A DNA stretch of 64,000 nucleotides from Bacteroidales bacterium (GTDB taxonomy: Bacteria; Bacteroidota; Bacteroidia; Bacteroidales; WCHB1-69). Position 1 is the first letter of the stretch, and every line of letters begins with the position of its first letter. The notes under the pieces were generated by a model that saw only the letters and a program-made list of their open reading frames with translations, had not been told where the DNA came from and searched no databases. The DNA lies in NCBI GenBank assembly GCA_045132055.1, contig JBGURP010000012.1, positions 87,366 to 151,365 on the forward strand. Reading direction: 5' to 3'. Positions 62,401 through 64,000 of the stretch are shown here, in pieces. Both the position numbers and the translations under genes were made by a program.

Positions 62401-64000
62401 AAGTTGACAACGCGTATGTCGTATCCGCTGGCAAACTGGGAAGCCGGATATTGAACTATGGACACAAAGCTGCTGCTGTCGGTGACATCGGTCATATAAC
62501 CCACTTCAAGAATACCACCCATACTGCCGGTTTCGGAAGGACGTGTCATAAAACTCATCTCCAAAGTGCTGATATCCTGACTCATTTCAGGAAGAACCAC
62601 GATATCATAGGAGTTGGAGTAGTTGGAATAGATGCGCAACGTATAACCGTCATTGCCGTATCCATAACTTGAACTCTGTGACGGAGTGAAGAGGGCCAGA
62701 TAGTCGAGATTGCGGGAAGGCAAGTAACCCCAACAAGGAATTGTACTGTCCGTCACAGCCGTGGAATAACCGTTGGCCACATCCACAAACTGGCTGAAAT
62801 CCTCATGGAAAGGAATGTCCATCGCACCGCAACCGGTACGGAATGCTGCTGAAGTGGCATCTGTATTATGGTCTGTACAAACTGTTTTCACACGTACCAC
62901 ATAGCGCGTGTTGGGCAGCAAGTTGGTAAGCGTGTAATTGTCAGAATAAATTTCCACGCTGTCTTCTTCCGTAGCATAAACCATATAATGACCAGTATTG
63001 TTAGGGTCAGTGATGGTAAGATCGGCTGATGAAGCCGTAATATTAGAGACAATCACCTGGGAAGGTTTTACGCAAGAGGGAAGCTCTTCCACAACGACAT
63101 TGTCCAAATAGGCAGGACCGTTGTCATTTGAACGGAGAGCAATGCGGCCTGAAGTGAAGCCAGCGAAAGTCACTTCGAAATGATTCCAACCGCTGCCAGC
63201 AGGAAGGCATGATGCAACCGGGGTGAAAGTGGTATAGTCCGTAGGGTCAGCAATCACACCTGCTTCGAAGCCATGACCATAAGAGGAGAGTACATCAAAG
63301 CTGAGTTGCAGCTGGTCGGGAGTGTCCTCGAACGGAGGCAGCACCAATACGGTAGGAGTGCTTGGGCGACTGCTCACATAGAGGCATTGCCCACCGCTAT
63401 CATTGACCGAAGAAGAGTTGTTGATGTATGGGTCGGAGGTGCTATAAGCATTCAGCAAGTTCCAGCAAAATACATAGTTGGAAAAGAAAGACGATGCTGA
63501 GGAGTAAGATGTGCCTGTGCCCGACTGGAAATCTTCTGTCCATGGAAGATTGGTGTGGGCGACTTCAATGCACGGAGTGCGGAAACTAATACTGCGAGCA
63601 GAGGTCTGCGTACCGTCAGAACAATTGGAGAATACCTTCACCGTGTATGCGGTGTTGTCAGTAAGAGTGGTGTAGGAAATGGTTTGAGTGTAAATAACAA
63701 GGCTGTCTATCAGCGAGTCGTTCTCGAAGAGCTTTATAGTATAGTTGTTTACAAATGTGGTATCCGTGATATTCACCGTGGCGGTGGTAGAGGTGAGGTC
63801 AGTCACTGTGACGGCCTGCGGTTTGGCGCAAGATAAGACAATGTTAGGATCGGAGGCATAAATGATATTGGTAATGCCGGTGAAGGTGTAGTTGCTGCAA
63901 GTCGATTCTGAAATCCTCAAATGAGTGCTATTGAGCGTGGTCGAGCCATACGCTCCTCCGTAGCTATTGCAATTATACTGCATTGACGGAGTCAACACGA
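59457..64000 (-). CDS. giant T9SS-secreted FN3-repeat protein with two tandem DUF4430-like domains (5' part outside the window)
   Basis: FN3 and beta-sandwich alternation; duplicated I.(Y/F)WVG.G.N....NWAD...LAWG domain; CTD WPNPT...YDLSGR...GVYMLR...KIVRK. Confidence 0.85.
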   Translation of the reverse strand, partial: VLTPSMQYNCNSYGGAYGSTTLNSTHLRISESTCSNYTFTGITNIIYASDPNIVLSCAKPQAVTVTDLTSTTATVNITDTTFVNNYTIKLFENDSLIDSLVIYTQTISYTTLTDNTAYTVKVFSNCSDGTQTSARSISFRTPCIEVAHTNLPWTEDFQSGTGTSYSSASSFFSNYVFCWNLLNAYSTSDPYINNSSSVNDSGGQCLYVSSRPSTPTVLVLPPFEDTPDQLQLSFDVLSSYGHGFEAGVIADPTDYTTFTPVASCLPAGSGWNHFEVTFAGFTSGRIALRSNDNGPAYLDNVVVEELPSCVKPSQVIVSNITASSADLTITDPNNTGHYMVYATEEDSVEIYSDNYTLTNLLPNTRYVVRVKTVCTDHNTDATSAAFRTGCGAMDIPFHEDFSQFVDVANGYSTAVTDSTIPCWGYLPSRNLDYLALFTPSQSSSYGYGNDGYTLRIYSNYSNSYDIVVLPEMSQDISTLEMSFMTRPSETGSMGGILEVGYMTDVTDSSSFVSIVQYPASQFASGYDIRVVNFANAPADARIALRTVPTGGSAKSWFVDDIDVHDMPACARALGINVDEIGTDGFTLHVDDPTLVNHYRYYVTADSFIDSLDFYDTVVIITNLSASTDYQIQVVSICNDGTLTLPITMAVSTLCGPVTTLPFVENFDTWTATQAQGMNRCWNRLYSNSSSNLVTNNYPYCASGSLYAYTGFKSLKFYSRGTSSGIKEYSVAYLPEFSNNINNLKINFFYKVNNSSNQNKVRIVVGISETVADTSTFTRLATFTPTNSSWNEYEVDFSGYTGMGNRITIMQTSTSTTAFTSYLDSLVVDTVSSCNRPATFVASNVTANTADLAWTDPSTADSYIISWSDGTTTDSITVTNVTSYTLTGLTPSTNYTVDIRSICWGAPTNARSLSFTTSCAPMPLPWSMNFDNITNLNQLSSCWNRYSGLYNDSTHTATLTTTSSGWARSTTAFDGSSHVKVNIYGTSCKYWLVTPEINLTENAELTFDYMLTEYNTADDPETGAGLEDDRFIVLATTDNGTSWTPVAMWGNDTLNRDDYYLPAVSNTLSQATLSLSSFTGQVVRLAFYAESTVGGTDNDFRIDNIVVSAATDTTITPPEPPTPEDASIAASEILYWVGEGSNEVVLAINWADTALAWGYRFSTDTATAQQMMDAIAAADPRFSYSGTGFITDINYIDTAAGMTTPLGVTPGNWWWSLQNHVAGMGLGDVLHNGDFYKWGDLSVAVVTDSTDMGSYMDYTYVWPYTIYPVTVPDTVSPIDTTVTAVDATISQDDILFWVGDGLNKAIIAVNWADPDTCLAWGVMWNGMATVKDLMDTIMAHDSRFTYTENGGMLNDIVYTVDGLTLQLTEESSSPWGNYWMYNVNGTAAQNMFNAQEVHNDDFIKWGDPNSGTSIGTDEWGNDILVWTTVVTPVSSTVGIPDVQMIIESIWPNPTSSIVNVSLSRNAKATLYDLSGRCVSHYDLSEGRNILDLSAYPAGVYMLRVGDSARKIVRK

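Overview
This window looks like Bacteroidales (gut/rumen-type) chromosome, judged from TAnnTTTG -7 promoter boxes, T9SS cargo proteins and a long Bacteroidetes-type SecA. Most of it is housekeeping: nagB, ugd, secA, aspS, a PcrA/UvrD helicase, queA, purM, nfo, uvrB, holA, sbcCD, atpDC, tRNA-Glu and tRNA-Gly, plus envelope and glycan genes and two giant FN3-rich T9SS proteins. The standout is a co-directional six-gene cluster next to tRNA-Gly (46221-59337, minus strand). In transcription order it encodes a PlsC-type acyltransferase, a GlsB-like GNAT N-acyltransferase, a membrane sensor with fused SpoIIE phosphatase and RsbW-like kinase, a STAS protein, an alginate-export-like outer-membrane barrel, and a bimodular reductase-terminated NRPS (C-A-T-C-A-T-R). 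It is a candidate acyl-dipeptide-aldehyde or aminolipid pathway tied to a partner-switch circuit with no sigma factor in the cluster. Both NRPS A domains carry different repeat-derived in-frame inserts in the same loop: a 7-bp tandem repeat and a 28-bp REP-like palindrome. A candidate sRNA lies between aspS and the helicase gene. All calls come from reading the sequence; no searches were run.
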